Shown here one piece after another: positions 11,530-31,590 of a stretch of DNA of 64,000 bases. The stretch's first letter is position 1; the number at the start of each line of letters is the position of its first letter. This stretch comes from Balanoglossus misakiensis (lineage: Eukaryota; Animalia; Hemichordata): positions 3,208,303-3,272,302 of the forward strand of contig CM082582.2 of NCBI GenBank assembly GCA_040954595.2. The letters are read 5' to 3'. A model generated the notes under the pieces. That model had not been told where the DNA came from, did no database searches, and saw only the letters and a list, made by a program, of their open reading frames with translations. The position numbers and the translations under genes were made by a program.

Positions 11530-14308
11530 CTATTGGGAATTTTTGTGTGACGTTCTATGTCTCCACAATGCAGTGTCGCTGTTCAGACACTGTCCACAAA
11601 TCTCGCACTTGAACGGGTTTTTCTCCAGGTGGATCTTCAGGTGGCGTGTGTAGCTTTTCTTCCAAGTGAACGTCTTCTCACAGTGCTCGCATTGTATCAG
11701 GGATTCCTTTTCCTTGGAGCCGTCTTTCTCCTGCACTTCATGACCTTGACACTGACCTTTGTGATCCTTCACCTCGAAGCGCCTGAGGAACGCGAGTCCG
11801 CAGACCTCGCACTTGAAGTTGCGTTCCCCATGCACGGCCATGTGTTCGCGGAGGTTCCCGGGGGTCAGGAAGCGCTTGCCGCATCTCTCGCAGCTGAACG
11901 GCCGTACGTTGGAGTGTTTTCTGAGATGGTACCGGTACACACTCTTAGACGAGAATTCCTCACCACATTTCCCGCACCTGAAGGGTTTCGCTCCTGTGTG
12001 CACCCGCTGGTGTTCAACCAAATAATACTTATGCTTGAATTTCTTATCACAGTATTCACACGAGTACGGTTTATCGTCAAAATATTTCTTCGTGTGATCC
12101 AGCAAGCGACTGCGAGTGATGAAGTTCTTCTTGCAGATATCGCACTGATAACGCGAGCTGTCTAAGTGTTCATAACTGTGAACTTTAAGCGACTGTTTAT
12201 TCTTGTAGGATTTTCCACAATCGCTGCAGACAAAGGTCGCTTCATTTGAAGGCTGTTTATGAGTGTCTGGCAAAGCGATATTTTCATCACAGTGATGACT
12301 GTTTGTCTGTTGTTGTTGTTTGCGGTGTGTGTTAATGTGACGATACAATGACGTACGAAGCATCGTCTTCCCGCATATTTCGCAGGAAACTCGTTGACGC
12401 TTTGCGTTCTTCGGAGTCTCGGGGATGCTGACGTCATCGCTTGAGCCTGAGCAACTGTTGGCAAAGTCGCTGTCTTTTTCGTTCACTGTGACGTCATCAT
12501 CCTCATCTATCTCGCTGTAACTGTGCAAAGCTATGCGTCTCCTCTTGGCCAACCTGGGTGACTGACCAGACGAGAGATTGGAATCGTCACACTCTCTGTT
12601 ACTATTTAGGCAGCCATATTCTTCAGGAGCACTGGGTGTCTGTCTGTCGCCATTACGATTTTCTACAGCATCCTGGGTACTCTCATCCACCTGTTTTCCA
12701 TTCCTCTGATTGACATCACCATGTAAACCATCACTATGGTGACGCTCGTCATGATCTTGGTCGCACAAAGCGTCGCCTTCTTGTATCCTCGTTGCGCGCC
12801 TTGTTGACAAGTCGAGTGGGAACCTCTCGCCAGAGATCCCATCCTCAGTCTGCGCATGCGCGTAAACTGACTGGCCAATCAACGGCTGATGTGAATCGCC
12901 ATCAGTGTAGCCGTCACCTAGTTCTTCCTTTACTCTGGTCTCATCCACACGCAGAGGTCCATTCGAAGAAACATCACACGCAACCCCATCCGCCATTTCT
13001 GCGGGTGTCTGTTCACAGTGATACCTGGTTGATCTGACGTCACTTCCTCTTGCTTCCCCTAGAAAGTCTCCATCGTCTACAATAAGTCCATTTCCAATGT
13101 TGCAAGCATTTTCAATTGCACTTTTTGCATCCAATGCACAGTCCGTACTATTTAACCGATACGAGGCAGCACCGACACTTTCTTGGGAGTAGCAAGCGTC
13201 ATCTACGTCACAATAGGACACCCGTCTTTCGCCAGACTCCCCACTGATAAAATCTCTTGAATTTGCATTTCCTTCATAAGACAAGAAATCTTCCTCCGTT
13301 AGCTCCAACTTCACTCTGGGTGCATCTTTCCCTGGTTTGTCGATTGGCTCAATGCATATATCTGGTTCACTACATGTACCACAAGAGTTTTCAGTCATCT
13401 GTGAGATTTGGTCCCTAACGCAGAAATTAATGACATCATCTTCTCCGGGAATATGGTATTCCTGTATGAAGTAATCGTCACTCTCCGGGGTGCTACACAC
13501 GGGCTCTTCCGTGACGTCACCACTTCCAGCGTCGCAAGTGTCGCCATAGTTACCACAGCGCTCGTCTGCAGTGACGTCAACAGTATTAACAGTCACAACC
13601 CCACGTGGTGCATAAATAGCATCAGTGCCCTCCCCACAGTCAGTAACGCCACCAGTACTGTGATGACCATGGCCAGAATCTAAATAAACACCTTCAGTTT
13701 TGATGCAATTGTCCCATAACCGAACTTCAGAGGGCGCAGCTGTCTTTACTGAGCCAGTATCGATGTTAACACTTTCGGCTTGGACGCAAGCGTTTATATT
13801 TGAGCCTGATCCACATTCAGAAATTTCAAACACATTTTCAAAATCTGGTTCTTCTTTTATTCTTATGTTGTTGGGAACATCCCTACAGTTTCCGACAGAT
13901 TCGCTGACTTGTGTGCTGGTCTCGTCAGATTCATCCTCGATGTCTTCATTCAAATCGCACGCCTTCAGTTTCATTGCGACCATTCCAGTCTGGCAGAGGA
14001 AATTTAAAATGTTGGTCCATTCTGTCGAAAGAAAATATTAAATTGTGAAAACTTTATACTTTTTATGGGTTGTTGTGTTTTATTTACACAAAAATGACAC
14101 AATGAGAATCGGAATGAGGTTTCCTTGCACTAACTATGCCATCACTCAGATAAATTACATTTTCAAGTAAGACGAGAGTGCACACCTTTCGCTGAAGTCC
14201 TGTTCTCGTCCAGTCTTGACAGAACTTCCTTACTCGCCCGGTGGAAACATCTCCCGATATGTTTGATGAACTCGGTATCTGTTGCTTCCTGCCAAATCAG
14301 ATCGCAAT
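11530..14308 (-). CDS. C2H2 zinc-finger protein (~9 fingers) with acidic N-terminal region and PLDLS CtBP-binding motif; 5' exon not located
   Basis: 817-aa ORF with CxxC...HxxxH fingers and HTGAKPF/HSNVRPF linkers. The large exon starts at acceptor 14022; an in-phase upstream exon lies at 14308-14186 (DCDLIWQEATD...). PLDLS is at 12819-12805. Confidence 0.9.
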
Positions 14309-14597
14309 CTGATAAATAGATCAAAACAAATTGTTTAACTATTTTCAATCAACTTATGTACTAGTATTTCCTTGTTATACACACAGGTGTCCAATACTGG
14401 TATATTATAAATATATAGTTTTATATAGTATATTGTCCCTTTGTCGCACGCAGCCCTAGGACAGTCGCTAGTGGTGTTGTATATACGCTGGACAATGATA
14501 GGTGTACATGTATATATGCCATCTCGGCTAACTGTCCGTCTAATTGTCTGTCCATTGTTATATTACGGGTCTCTCATCATACCAGCGCTATTCAATC

Positions 14598-15094
14598 AAT
14601 TTTGGTGTCTTTCTGGTCAGACTTTAATATGTCTAGTTTGTAAATGACCAATGGCTTATAGCATGGTACACACCCATGGGAGAACTTTGGTCCAAGACAA
14701 ACACGGATGTTAAGCAGAGTTACGTAATCTTCAACGAACCTTTACTAAAAACAAATACGATCTTATTTGCACAACAATGTAACAGCATAGAATATTGTGG
14801 TTCGTATAGCGTCATTTACGATATACGTGCAAACACAGCAAGTCCAATTTTGATGTCTTTCTGGTCAGACTTTAATATGTCTAGTTTGTAAATGACCAAT
14901 GGCTTATAGCATGGTACACACCCATGGGAGAACTTTGGTCCAAGACAAACACGGATGTTAAGCAGAGTTACGTAATCTTCAACGAACCTTTACTAAAAAC
15001 AAATACGATCTTATTTGCACAACAATGTAACAGCATAGAATATTGTGGTTCGTATAGCGTCATTTACGATATACGTGCAAACACAGCAAGTCCA
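14598..15094. repeat. Near-perfect 248-bp tandem duplication
   Basis: Identical ORF starts at 14676 and 14924 (offset 248); the sequence is repeated almost base for base. Confidence 0.95.
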
Positions 15095-16714
15095 GGGCTT
15101 CGACGAGAGTATTTTACTGCGCTCTTAAATTGTCGTCTTTTTCAACAGTGGTATAGTGTAATGCACGTGGACATACGAAAATAACTTCCCTCCTTAGAAT
15201 GGACCGCTCGTCAATACAAATCAGTGGGCCTATTACAATCGTCATAATACTAGTACATAAATTAATCTAACAGACGCCACTATTGGAGTATTCAGTACTT
15301 CAATACTAGTATATACCCTTTTATGCAATACAGGCACATAGTTACTATACCAGTCGAGTAGACAAATGAAGGCCAACATTCAAGTATCATCCATTCTCGC
15401 CCCACCAGACTACGGATTTCTTTCGTTTCACTATCGAAATCACGTACTCTGGTTAAAATGGAGTACCGCGCTGGTATTTGAACATATTGGTAATGCATAT
15501 TCATGAGATGACATCATTATAATCTGGCCAATCAAAGCCCGTCTCTCAAGGAGAGCTGGGACTCACTCAAACTCAGAGCACTGCCACTGAGATGTAACAA
15601 GAGATGCGTGAATGGGATGTAACAAGCAATCTGATTGGTTGTTGGATGTACTATGAAAGCGTCTAGACCAAATACTGAATACATGGCCGTATTATACCAC
15701 GGCCTTTTTGCGGGGAGCAGAGCGCTGCCGTAAAAGGGCCGTGGTTTGCGACGATGCGTAGGAGATACTTTAATAAATTTAGAAAATATTTAGCAGGCTA
15801 TATTGACCGCTCGCCAAGCGTTATAGAGTATTGTCCAAGTGTTTACGACTGAGTAAAGGTCGAGATTTGGTTGTTAGGTCTTTCATTACTCAGCGGCAGT
15901 ACTACCACTACCAGTTTGTAGTACAGTGACCTAGACCGCAATGTTTGTATTTTAATAAGATTTCGCCGGTTCTCAAATAGACTCATGACAGTACTACCAC
16001 CGTAGAGTATCCGCATTAGAAGTATATGATAACAAGTGCCGTGATCATTATTTTGGAGAAACATTCAGCGAACCGATCAATTGTCGTCTGGACCTAACGT
16101 TCTCGTTTCCGCTATGGACCCTGTCTGTTAAAGCGAATAGGCAATTCCCAGAATACAGTTCTCGGAACACCAGAATGGCAGGTATGTCTGAGTACACACA
16201 ATAATCGTCGGTATGGCGCCTCAGATCATACATGAGGTAAGATAACTAAAATCTGTTTTGGTTCTGCAGAAACGAAAATTGTTTGTATTATACGACTGTC
16301 ACAACTATATCATGCAGTATACCGTCAAAAGAAAACTTAAATTTCATCTTTTTTATATGGAACTTGGCACTGATGTTTTGAAGTATACGGTCACAAATTT
16401 TCAGTGGGTGGCTCACTGGTTAAATTTGCATGGGCGATCGGATACCTTTAAGACCCCGAGCCAATAGGTCGGGTGATTAACATAAGCTTATCTTTTTGTC
16501 AAATTCAAGATTTACTTTCAATATCTATTTGCACTGTCTTTGATTGTACGCACGATTTTATGCTAAATTTCTTACCTGTACAGTCACCTTTGTATTCATA
16601 TAATTTCGTCATTTTATCACCAGAATTGGAAACCCGACATTGAACAAAAAGAAGCAGTGTTTTGGTAAAACCAACAGATTTTGGACAGTAGAGGCTTAAT
16701 ACCGATTTGAAACG

Positions 16715-22719
<6,005 letters not shown>

Positions 22720-23715
22720 ATATAAATTGTCTGAAAGAAAGGAAACATATCAGATGACTTTTTACACTTACACTTAAAAGTACAATTCTATATCACTATG
22801 CATAACCTTTAATAGACAAAACCATTCTTATCGGTGTATTTTTGTATCTTTACTACCATGCGTGTACCACGACGAAATTACGAGGAATGATTTATTGCTC
22901 CCATAGTTATGATAACTAATTTTCAATTTCTTGTCAGGATGTCATTTTACTGAAATGTATAATAGACACTATAGGTAGACACGTGAGAAAATATTGAATG
23001 ATTTATTCAGATGGAACCATACTTTCGAATTAACATACCAGAAAGTACAAAGGAAAGAGTGTGCTAATGAATCAGTGTCATGTCATTCAAATTGGAATAT
23101 CCCACAATGGCTACTCATGTGGTGACTAGATTTCATCTCAGCTGTAATGTTTGCATATGGTTCTGCACGCGTTTGTGAAAACCATTATACTGCACAAAAA
23201 CAAAACCATAAAGTCTTCTTCTTTGAAAACTTCCATGTACTTCTCGTCTTAAAGATTCTGACATCTACAGGCACTACACCAAACAGACTTTTGATGTAGA
23301 TGTTTTCCCTAGCAAATATGTGTTCATAAGCCTAGAAGATGACGCAAAGTCCACATCTTCTATGCTCAACTGGTGGCGTTCATTCAGTGTTCATACCGAT
23401 CCAAGTATATCAGGTCTCATTACTGCCAATACTACACCAGCTATGGCGTTCCTATGGATAAAAACAGGAGCATTATTCAGTGTATGGCAGACAGCGAGTC
23501 TGAGGGGTGCAGTGGCGTAAGGGCGTATCACCGATGGTATTAATCCGCACAACGCTCTTTTTATCGTGTGTTTCTGAATCACTCAGTCACTGGGTGTAAA
23601 TCACACGAATACCATCTGTCCCTGTCTGGCTGTCTGCCTCTCTGCCCCAGTGTGTATGTGTGTCCCCCATTCAAGGGATCTCTCTTCACGAGAGACTTTG
23701 ATTTGGCAAACTTAC

Positions 23716-26700
23716 ACGGACACTATCTCCAAAGAGTTTCAACTTGTCCCTGATGCCTTGAAAGTTAGGACGAAGGCTTGGTTTTTTGTACCAACACGAC
23801 ATCATCAACTCATACCTGTGACCAAATAAATAAATATATAAATAATTCGAAGAGACCTACGTTTCCTACTGTACCATGATATCGTCATATATGTAGGTGG
23901 GTCATTAAAGGTGACCTTTGACCAAGCCAACCACGTGACTAATAAATTTAAGTTTGAGGGGTAGATACCATTTGTAACAATATTGACTGTAGGCTGTACT
24001 TAAGCTTACATTTCATCTCCACAATTGTCTGGCTTTGTCAATCTGAACCCCCGCTTTATTTTCATCACTAATTCCGTTTGATCAATACCTTCGTACGGAT
24101 CCTTCCCTGTGACAAAGAAATGAAAATGAAATATGCAGCTAGATTAACTGTCGTGATTGGAATATAGTGTTCCAAATTCACATTTAAAGCTACATAAAAT
24201 GGGGACTTCCATTAAATGCCACTTGTCCTATCACTACTATTTAATACTTTGACGTAAATAATTAGCCAGATCTAGACTCACAGTACCTAATGTTAACATT
24301 TCCCACAAAACCACACCATACGACCAGATATCCGTCTTCGTATTGAACATACGATGGGTCAGTGTCTCCAGAGCAAGCCATTGGTAGGGAGGATCTGTCT
24401 AAAAATCATATAAAAACATCTTCAAACTCGACAAAAGTACACAGTTAGTCGTACTTCTGAACAAATATACTGTTACTTACTCACTAAACAAGGACCTGAG
24501 TGACTTACCCTTTGAACGCGATTAAACACCTTAGCGTCATCGACAACTAAATTGGTATAGCTGAGATTCGAAATCTTGCACAGTCTTCCGTGGCAGACCA
24601 AAACATGTTTTGCAGCTAGATACCGGTACACAATCTACAAAAAGTGGAAATTGTGTAACAAACTTGATTTTTTATGTATGAGAAATTAGTTTTCCTATAT
24701 TAAAGTTAAGCTTTTGAAAACAATCTGGTTAGATTTTGATTTAAGTCTCACTTGGATTTTTCTGAGCCTATACTGTCATCACCAACGTGGCCAATCTGAG
24801 AGAATTACTACCCTGACTCAAAAACAGTGCACCTACTTCAAACATATTTTCATTTATAGGACGTTTAGTAGAGTCAAATTTCACGACATTTGTCGGAGAA
24901 CAAATAACTGTTTTATATTTGAACATTTTATAGTATACCCAAAACCTTGCATCGCTATGCGGATTCTGACACTTTGGGCCAATCAGGCACTTTCATTACT
25001 ACGCCCAATCACACTTAGAGTTCACCCTTTCAATGTAGCAATTTGTGCTTGTTATTACGTCCGCCTCATGTTCCTTTGCAACTTTGGAAATTTTCCCATC
25101 AGTTGGGTTCTAGCGGTTAAGTAGTTAACATCGCCTATTACAGCAATAAACGTGCCTTTTGCACTTTACGTTGGTCGTCCGTGTCAGACATCATTTAAGG
25201 AACCTTGTTCATCTAAAATACCGCAACAACATTGTCACTCGTTATTTCTTAAGTTTCTTTAAGTATCTTTGAAACTTGTACAATGGCAATATTCAACTCT
25301 TGGTATTGTATCTAGTTCCGATTTCGCGATTACTATTGTTTGGTTACCTTTAATGAGGCGAGGTAGCTCATTCCATTTGCTATGTCAGTTGCAAAAGATA
25401 ACATTAACTTATTTGCTTCCACGGAACCGGTTGGGGCGAATGTGTCTATGTTGTCTGTTATGAATGTTTTCAGGTTACCGTATGGCGAGTATTCTGTGAT
25501 CAAATAGGGAGGGTCTGAAAAAATAAATCATGTGTAATGGTGTTAGTGTTTTGGCTATTAGGATAAAATATAAAAACTGGTCCAAGCTAATTGAGACCTT
25601 ACAGAGAAGTGACGTTATATTGTCACCCATTGTCTTGCTCTCGACAATAGCGCAAGACAATGTTCAGTAGTAACAATGTTAAGTGTGTAGATTATGAATT
25701 TATCATGATTTTACACAAATGCTTGTTAACAAGATACAATATTGACAGAGTGAGCTTACCTATTTCTGTGCAGCATCCAAGAAATGTGATGATGTTGTCA
25801 TGTGGTTGCATTGTTTTCATAAGCTCAATCTCCTTGCGTATGCTATATCCATAGTAAAGAGAATCTCCCATATCTGGAAACCAACAGGGAGAATGATTCA
25901 GGCAGCTGTCATTTTATCCCTTTCACCACCATGGTTCAGTCGAAATCCATTGTTTTCTGTGGTAAGATGAACCTCCAAAGAGGGAACTGGGGTGAACTGG
26001 TTAAGCTTGCTGGTGTTTTAGATGATTAATGGCCTTGTCTGTCATTTTCTGTGGTTAATAATACCATTACTTTTCTAACCGATGAGAGTGATGAATACAA
26101 AAACAACCATAGCTACACATTACCACCTACCTATTGGCACTTTGATGGCCAAGTCTGTGTAGCCACCGTCTCCATCGATAAACAACGTTCTTCCTTTCAG
26201 TATTTGGTAGAATTTTCCAATGAATATGGTGTCGGTGATATGAATCGTATTGCGTGGAACTTCATAGGCGTCCCTCGTTGCTGTAAGCGAATCAACAACA
26301 GTTTCTGCTTCGGGATCCGAAAATTTAACACGTTTTACTGCTTCCTGTAAAATGAATTGTTATACTTGTCAATAATTCCTATAAAGTCGTACAAGTGCTT
26401 GTATAGTCTAAATAAGTATATATCTCTTATAAGTTAAAACGGAAACAAGCGTCCAAAAATCTCTATAGTTACAGCTGTGGACAATAAATTATGTACAAAA
26501 GTGACCCAACATTTTACACCACAAAGTTTCTTGTCCAAAAACGGGAGTACAAGAATACAACAAGGTCATACAGGGGTCATGGCTGTGACCTATTTATGTG
26601 TTTGTTTGATGATATGTCATTTCGCAAATACTCACTCTGATGTGAAATATGTCCGTGCTAGCTGCTTCATCATAACTATCATCATCGTCATCATCTAAGC

Positions 26701-27850
26701 TAGTACTGTCTCCGCCTGAACAATCAGTTTCCCTTTCTTCACGATACACATAGCTAACACGTATCTCCTCGGCGCATGTGGCTTCCCCACCGACCACCCC
26801 TTCATATCGAGTAGACTCGGCCCGCTGACGTCCTGTACTCAATAAGATATGCAATATAATTAATACAGTGCATATGACCCAACTGCATAAAAAATTCTTT
26901 GTGGCATTTACGATGAGCGATGCCCACTCCCCACCAGACAAAACGATATGACACAGAAATAAGAATATTGAACCCAGGAACTTAAGCCTCAATGCCATGG
27001 CTTTATTTATCCGGTAAACAATGCTTAAGTAACATTAATGTGATCATCAACTATTAAAACAGGTTACATGGGATTAGTTTCATGAACTAAAGTAAATGAA
27101 CTCACGTCGGGAGTGTTTTCTTTTCACCACAGCAACGATTACACAAATCAGTATGATTACAAGTAGACCACCTATGATTGCATAGATGATTGTGTCATAT
27201 TTATACTCTCCTCCGCCCACTGAAAAATAATACATATGCACATATATTGGATTATTACAGCAACTCTTAATACTCCTTTAGCTGTAATGTCATTATCTTA
27301 TGATGTATCGCCTGTCATTTCAAGTTCAACTCCCAAAAACAAAATGCAATGGAATGTCTGGAATTTAGTTCTTAACATAGAACGTGTGTCAGCATTTAAA
27401 TAATTGTAATAGGCACCGATGAGGATAGTGGACATATACCATGTCATATGGATTAAACCAAGAGTGTAGTTGTAACACATGTCGACCAAAATGGTGAGAA
27501 ATGTCAAAACGTATATCAGCCTTTCATATAAATTACAAAAAGCCCATCATATTTCAAGTCAATGTATCCGAGTTCTTCGGCCAATCGTCCCTCATCAACC
27601 GCCACCCTCTATGCAGTCGTACGAGGTTACTTGATTTGCACTGTTAGGTTAATAATTAACCACTGATATTGCATTTTACATCTGAGTTCAGATATATATC
27701 ACTGCATGAAACGTCCTCACCTGTCAAGTTGTAGTCCAATGTTGCAGTCCAATTTTCTGTAATTTGGGCGTTATGTACTGTGGTGTCCACGGTAGACGAA
27801 GCATAATCTACCGTGGTTTCTATGAAAAAGGTTGTGTTGTTCTCCCACAT
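23716..27850 (-). CDS. Receptor tyrosine pseudokinase B (intact stalk-TM-kinase exons, decayed ectodomain)
   Basis: Exons 27850-27661, 27219-27106 (TM), 26832-26636 (YDEAAST), 26344-26131, 25873-25760, 25514-25348, 24634-24509 (IVYRYLAAKHVLV...KISNLSY), 24398-24287 (TDIWSYGVVLWEM), 24106-24010 and 23815-23716. The last exon is unresolved. Confidence 0.8.
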
Positions 27851-28875
27851 GGCTACCAGGTGTGTGCGGGATTGTACCGTTCTGATGTACTATACCCCCG
27901 CGTCAGACATGGCTCAAATATTGGGTGACCATACAACGGTTGCGTTTGTCTCTGTAGACTTTCTCTCACCGACTTCACTGTCGAGCCCAGTGGAGACCAG
28001 CTGTGAACCCCCGAAAGACCACACCAAAACAGTACTGTAGTTTCTTGCTCTACGAAGGGAAAGGGTGTATGATAGTCCAACTGGGGTTCAATCACAGCTG
28101 CGACGGATATGCATTTCCGGTGTTCCTGGTACCGTAGGCGTACTACGAAGGTGTACTACACGTGCGTCCCTCTATGACGTCATTCCTAACATACAAGCGG
28201 CATTAATGATGCACGAACGATAAAATAAATTGAAATTATATTTTAATTGTGGATTTTGGACTCTCCTTTCTAAGTACTTGTACTGCACAAGACCAGATAA
28301 TACAGTAAATATTTATTGTTTAAAATTTATTAACAGTTAGCCAAAGGGTCATTCAGATGTGTCACGATATCTGATTTGTTAACTTTTAACAGCCGCCTTG
28401 CGTGCCATCGTCGATGACCCAGTATCATTTAGAAACAAGTGCCTGCATATGTACAGAACATATTGTACTTTTGTTTAAAGTCAGTATTGGGAATTTGTTT
28501 CATTAAGGCGTTTCTGAATGGCACAGTATTGACAAGAAATACGTGGGACGTTTTGCTTTTAGAGTGGCTCAGTAGGTGTAATTGTTCTGGTAAGTGTAAT
28601 TGTTCTGGGAGGTGTTATTGTTCTAGTAGGTGACATCACATGGTTTTAGTAGGTGACATTGTTTTCGATACAAAAACGATATTACCTCAGCTGAATTGTA
28701 ATTACCAATTTCCATCATTGTCGTAGCATTTTCGATGACGTCATGAAACCATGAATGATATCCCATTAAGACTGCCATCTACGACAGAATTTATGCACAG
28801 TTAAACGATTTAGACATTTTAAACTCACCTATGAAATGAACTGGTGCCATTAACGTGGGGAACACACTCATTCGC
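27851..28875 (-). pseudogene. Disrupted Ig-like and mucin-like ectodomain exons of pseudokinase B
   Basis: VLFWCGLSGVHSW is followed by a frameshift and then PNI*AMSDAGV*YIR, with TAG at 27892-27890 in the Ig DxGxY motif. 18-bp repeats at 28570-28660 read TRTITPPRTITLTRTITPT. Confidence 0.5.
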
Positions 28876-28923
28876 TGGCCCAGAGACCGAAGTTATTATA
28901 GCCTATAAATAATATAATATTTA

Positions 28924-29460
28924 AGCAATAACCCCCGCCGCAGGCGGGTATACACGAGATTTTGGTACAATTCGAGACATATAGCACGAGCCGTTAGGCG
29001 AGTGCTATATGGAGCGAATTGTACCCAAATCGAGTGTATACCCGACTGAGGCGGGGGTTATTGCTATTATATTATATCAACAGTTGTTTTTGTGGCAAAT
29101 CAGTGTCATTTTCTTACCGAAACGGCGTCAGAAAGAGAAATTACGATCGTGAACCAACATGGCGACGGTGAATGTAAACACGTGCGGCCCGGGATCGAGC
29201 ATTAAACATAAAGCAGACGCCAAAAAGTGACAAAAGTGCAAAATATTCAGAGCAGAGCAGTTCCAAAATAAAACATCCGTCAATTCAAGTGTTTTATGTT
29301 ATTCATTGTGTTTAATCCCGTGCGACCGTGGTTTAACCGCACATTTTCCCTGCTGCATGTTAGTTCAGGGGCCCGTTTTACCACTGCCAGCAGTGGTAAA
29401 ACAGTATTTTACCATAGCTCTCGTCCAATCAGTATTGCGGACGGTAGCATGATATAATAT
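28924..29460. mobile_element. Palindrome-headed non-autonomous element
   Basis: Imperfect ~140-bp hairpin at 28924-29065 (agcaataacccccgcc...ggcgggggttattgct) with centre cgagccgttaggcgag, followed by a CpG-rich tail. Confidence 0.6.
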
Positions 29461-30936
29461 AATCTCTTTTTTTATAAAAATTAAATTCCAACATTTTGTC
29501 TAAATCATGCAATTCGCGAAATTGTCAATACAGGTTCATATAATTCAGATTTATACGATATGTCTGAATAGTTTTTACTTTATAAATGACAAAACAGTTA
29601 GAAATTGTGTTGTTTGTTGTATAATAAATCATGAAGGTGGGCCCTCAGTCTGCAATGTCTGCTTGCCGGGGGCTATGAATAACAAATATTTCCTTTTGTG
29701 GTGCAACTTTATTTACAAAAGATATACATTTAGAAAAAAATAAACATCAAACTATGTATTCTTCCACAAACTTTGTTATGCATGTGAAAAGGAAAAAAAA
29801 TATTTGAGGGGCACATAAATGAATTTATTTCAGGTGGTAAAGCACTAATTGGCTGTGACTACATTTTCTTTTGAGGATACCGATGTGATAAGCTGACATT
29901 TGACACTGGTAGGTATTTCATTTCAGAAGATAAAGTATGATTAAATATTCAACCGACCTGTGAACACGCGGTACTCTGTTTGTAACAGAAATGTTTGGCA
30001 TGTATCCAAGGCAAGTCATAATCAGCCTGAGAATACAATGGCGCCATGATACAATTTCTATCGACAGCATTCTACTAAGGCCGAGGAGACGCCAATAAAA
30101 ATGAACAAGCAATAAACGATAAAAGTCATAAACATTCTTTTGAAAACATCGAAACTCAACCACCCCTCTCTCTCTCTGTGAGATGATTATTTTTTGTCTT
30201 CCTGCAATAAATTCAGTTATTGTTTCTGGGAGAAGTATTCTTGTACATTATCAGTTTCTATAGAAGTAACATTGTCTGCCGTGAGTCAATAACTTAAAGA
30301 AAATAAGCTTGAAAACGTAGGGTGCCAAGGAAGTCAGTGTGATTCTGCGGCCATTTTGGGAGTGAGTATTGTAAAGAATACGCACAACGGGGACTGTGTA
30401 CAGAAATGTTGAACATTTGTCGGTGTTCTTTAAAGCAATTAGTTTAATTTCCGAAAAGGGCAAAATACTTCTTCCGATCGTGCTTGTTGACAACGATAAA
30501 CCCACCACAGAGTAATGTCCGTCAAAGCATGACAACCGCGCTATGGCGGCCTTCAATCCACCCACGATCAAAGGCCAATCCCTATTGGTGGACACGCCAT
30601 AAATGTAAAGTATTGTCAGTTGAACGACACACCGGGGTCAAAGGTACCTCTCTTGATCGTAGTGTTTCGTCACTACTCAAGTCGCTGCAACCGATGGGCG
30701 TGTACCCTGTGCCGAAACCCGGTGATAGTAAAACAGTGATTTGAATTCTGTGAAAAACACAATTTTCTGAAACAAGAATAAACTAAAAATAAGAATAATA
30801 TATATGCATATATTGGAAATAATATTGAGGAATCGTATTACTCGTGTGGTCCGTGATGCATAGTACGATAACAATAAGAGGGAATACCCGATGGGTTGGG
30901 TTTTTTTAGCAGTTTTGGTGTATGAAGTAATATTTA

Positions 30937-31077
30937 GAGAATAATGAACGCCCCAAAGACCCATAATGGACGAAAGCACACATTGTGCGTCATAATATAC
31001 GAGGCGAAGCCGAGTATGTTATGGAGCACAATGTGTGCTTGAGTCCATTATGGGTCTTTGGGGCGTTCATTATTCTC
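30937..31077. repeat. 141-bp hairpin with cgaggcgaagccgag centre
   Basis: gagaataatgaacgccccaaagacccataatggac ... gtccattatgggtctttggggcgttcattattctc. Confidence 0.9.
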
Positions 31078-31590
31078 ATTATTTTATAGTTTTGTCAATG
31101 CCAGTGAATTTGCAGACTTCAAAAAGTATAGGTGCGAACAATTCAGACTCGGACACGGAGATCGAGAACAGAGCAATGGCGTACGCGTAAACAAAAGGTC
31201 ACCTGATCGCGGTGTGTCAGTGTACTGTACATTTCTAGTATCATATTCAAACATCAGGAAATAAATAATGGAGGTTTATTTACGCATGTGAAAATTCATT
31301 TAAGGGTTCTGCTGAAATATATCTGAAAAAGTTTCGATTTTTGTGTAATCTTGGGGAGGACTCGGGGAATATTTGAATTCGTTTGCGTTCTCAGGAAAGT
31401 TCACGTATACGGGCCCTCGGAAGGTTGCAATACATAAACAAACTCGCCCTCGATCGACCCTCCGTACCGCGTAGACAACATGACAGTGACACTTGCGGCA
31501 TATTTTTTTACGTATAGCTTCGTTGACATGACTGCTTGGTACATGGTATGGTGAACGAATGTCAAATCCAGCATCATGGAGAGGTTTGCT

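Noticed and set aside
14676-15184. Duplicated MGELWSKT ORFs as genes
   Set aside because: By-product of the 248-bp tandem duplication; no recognisable domain or splice support.
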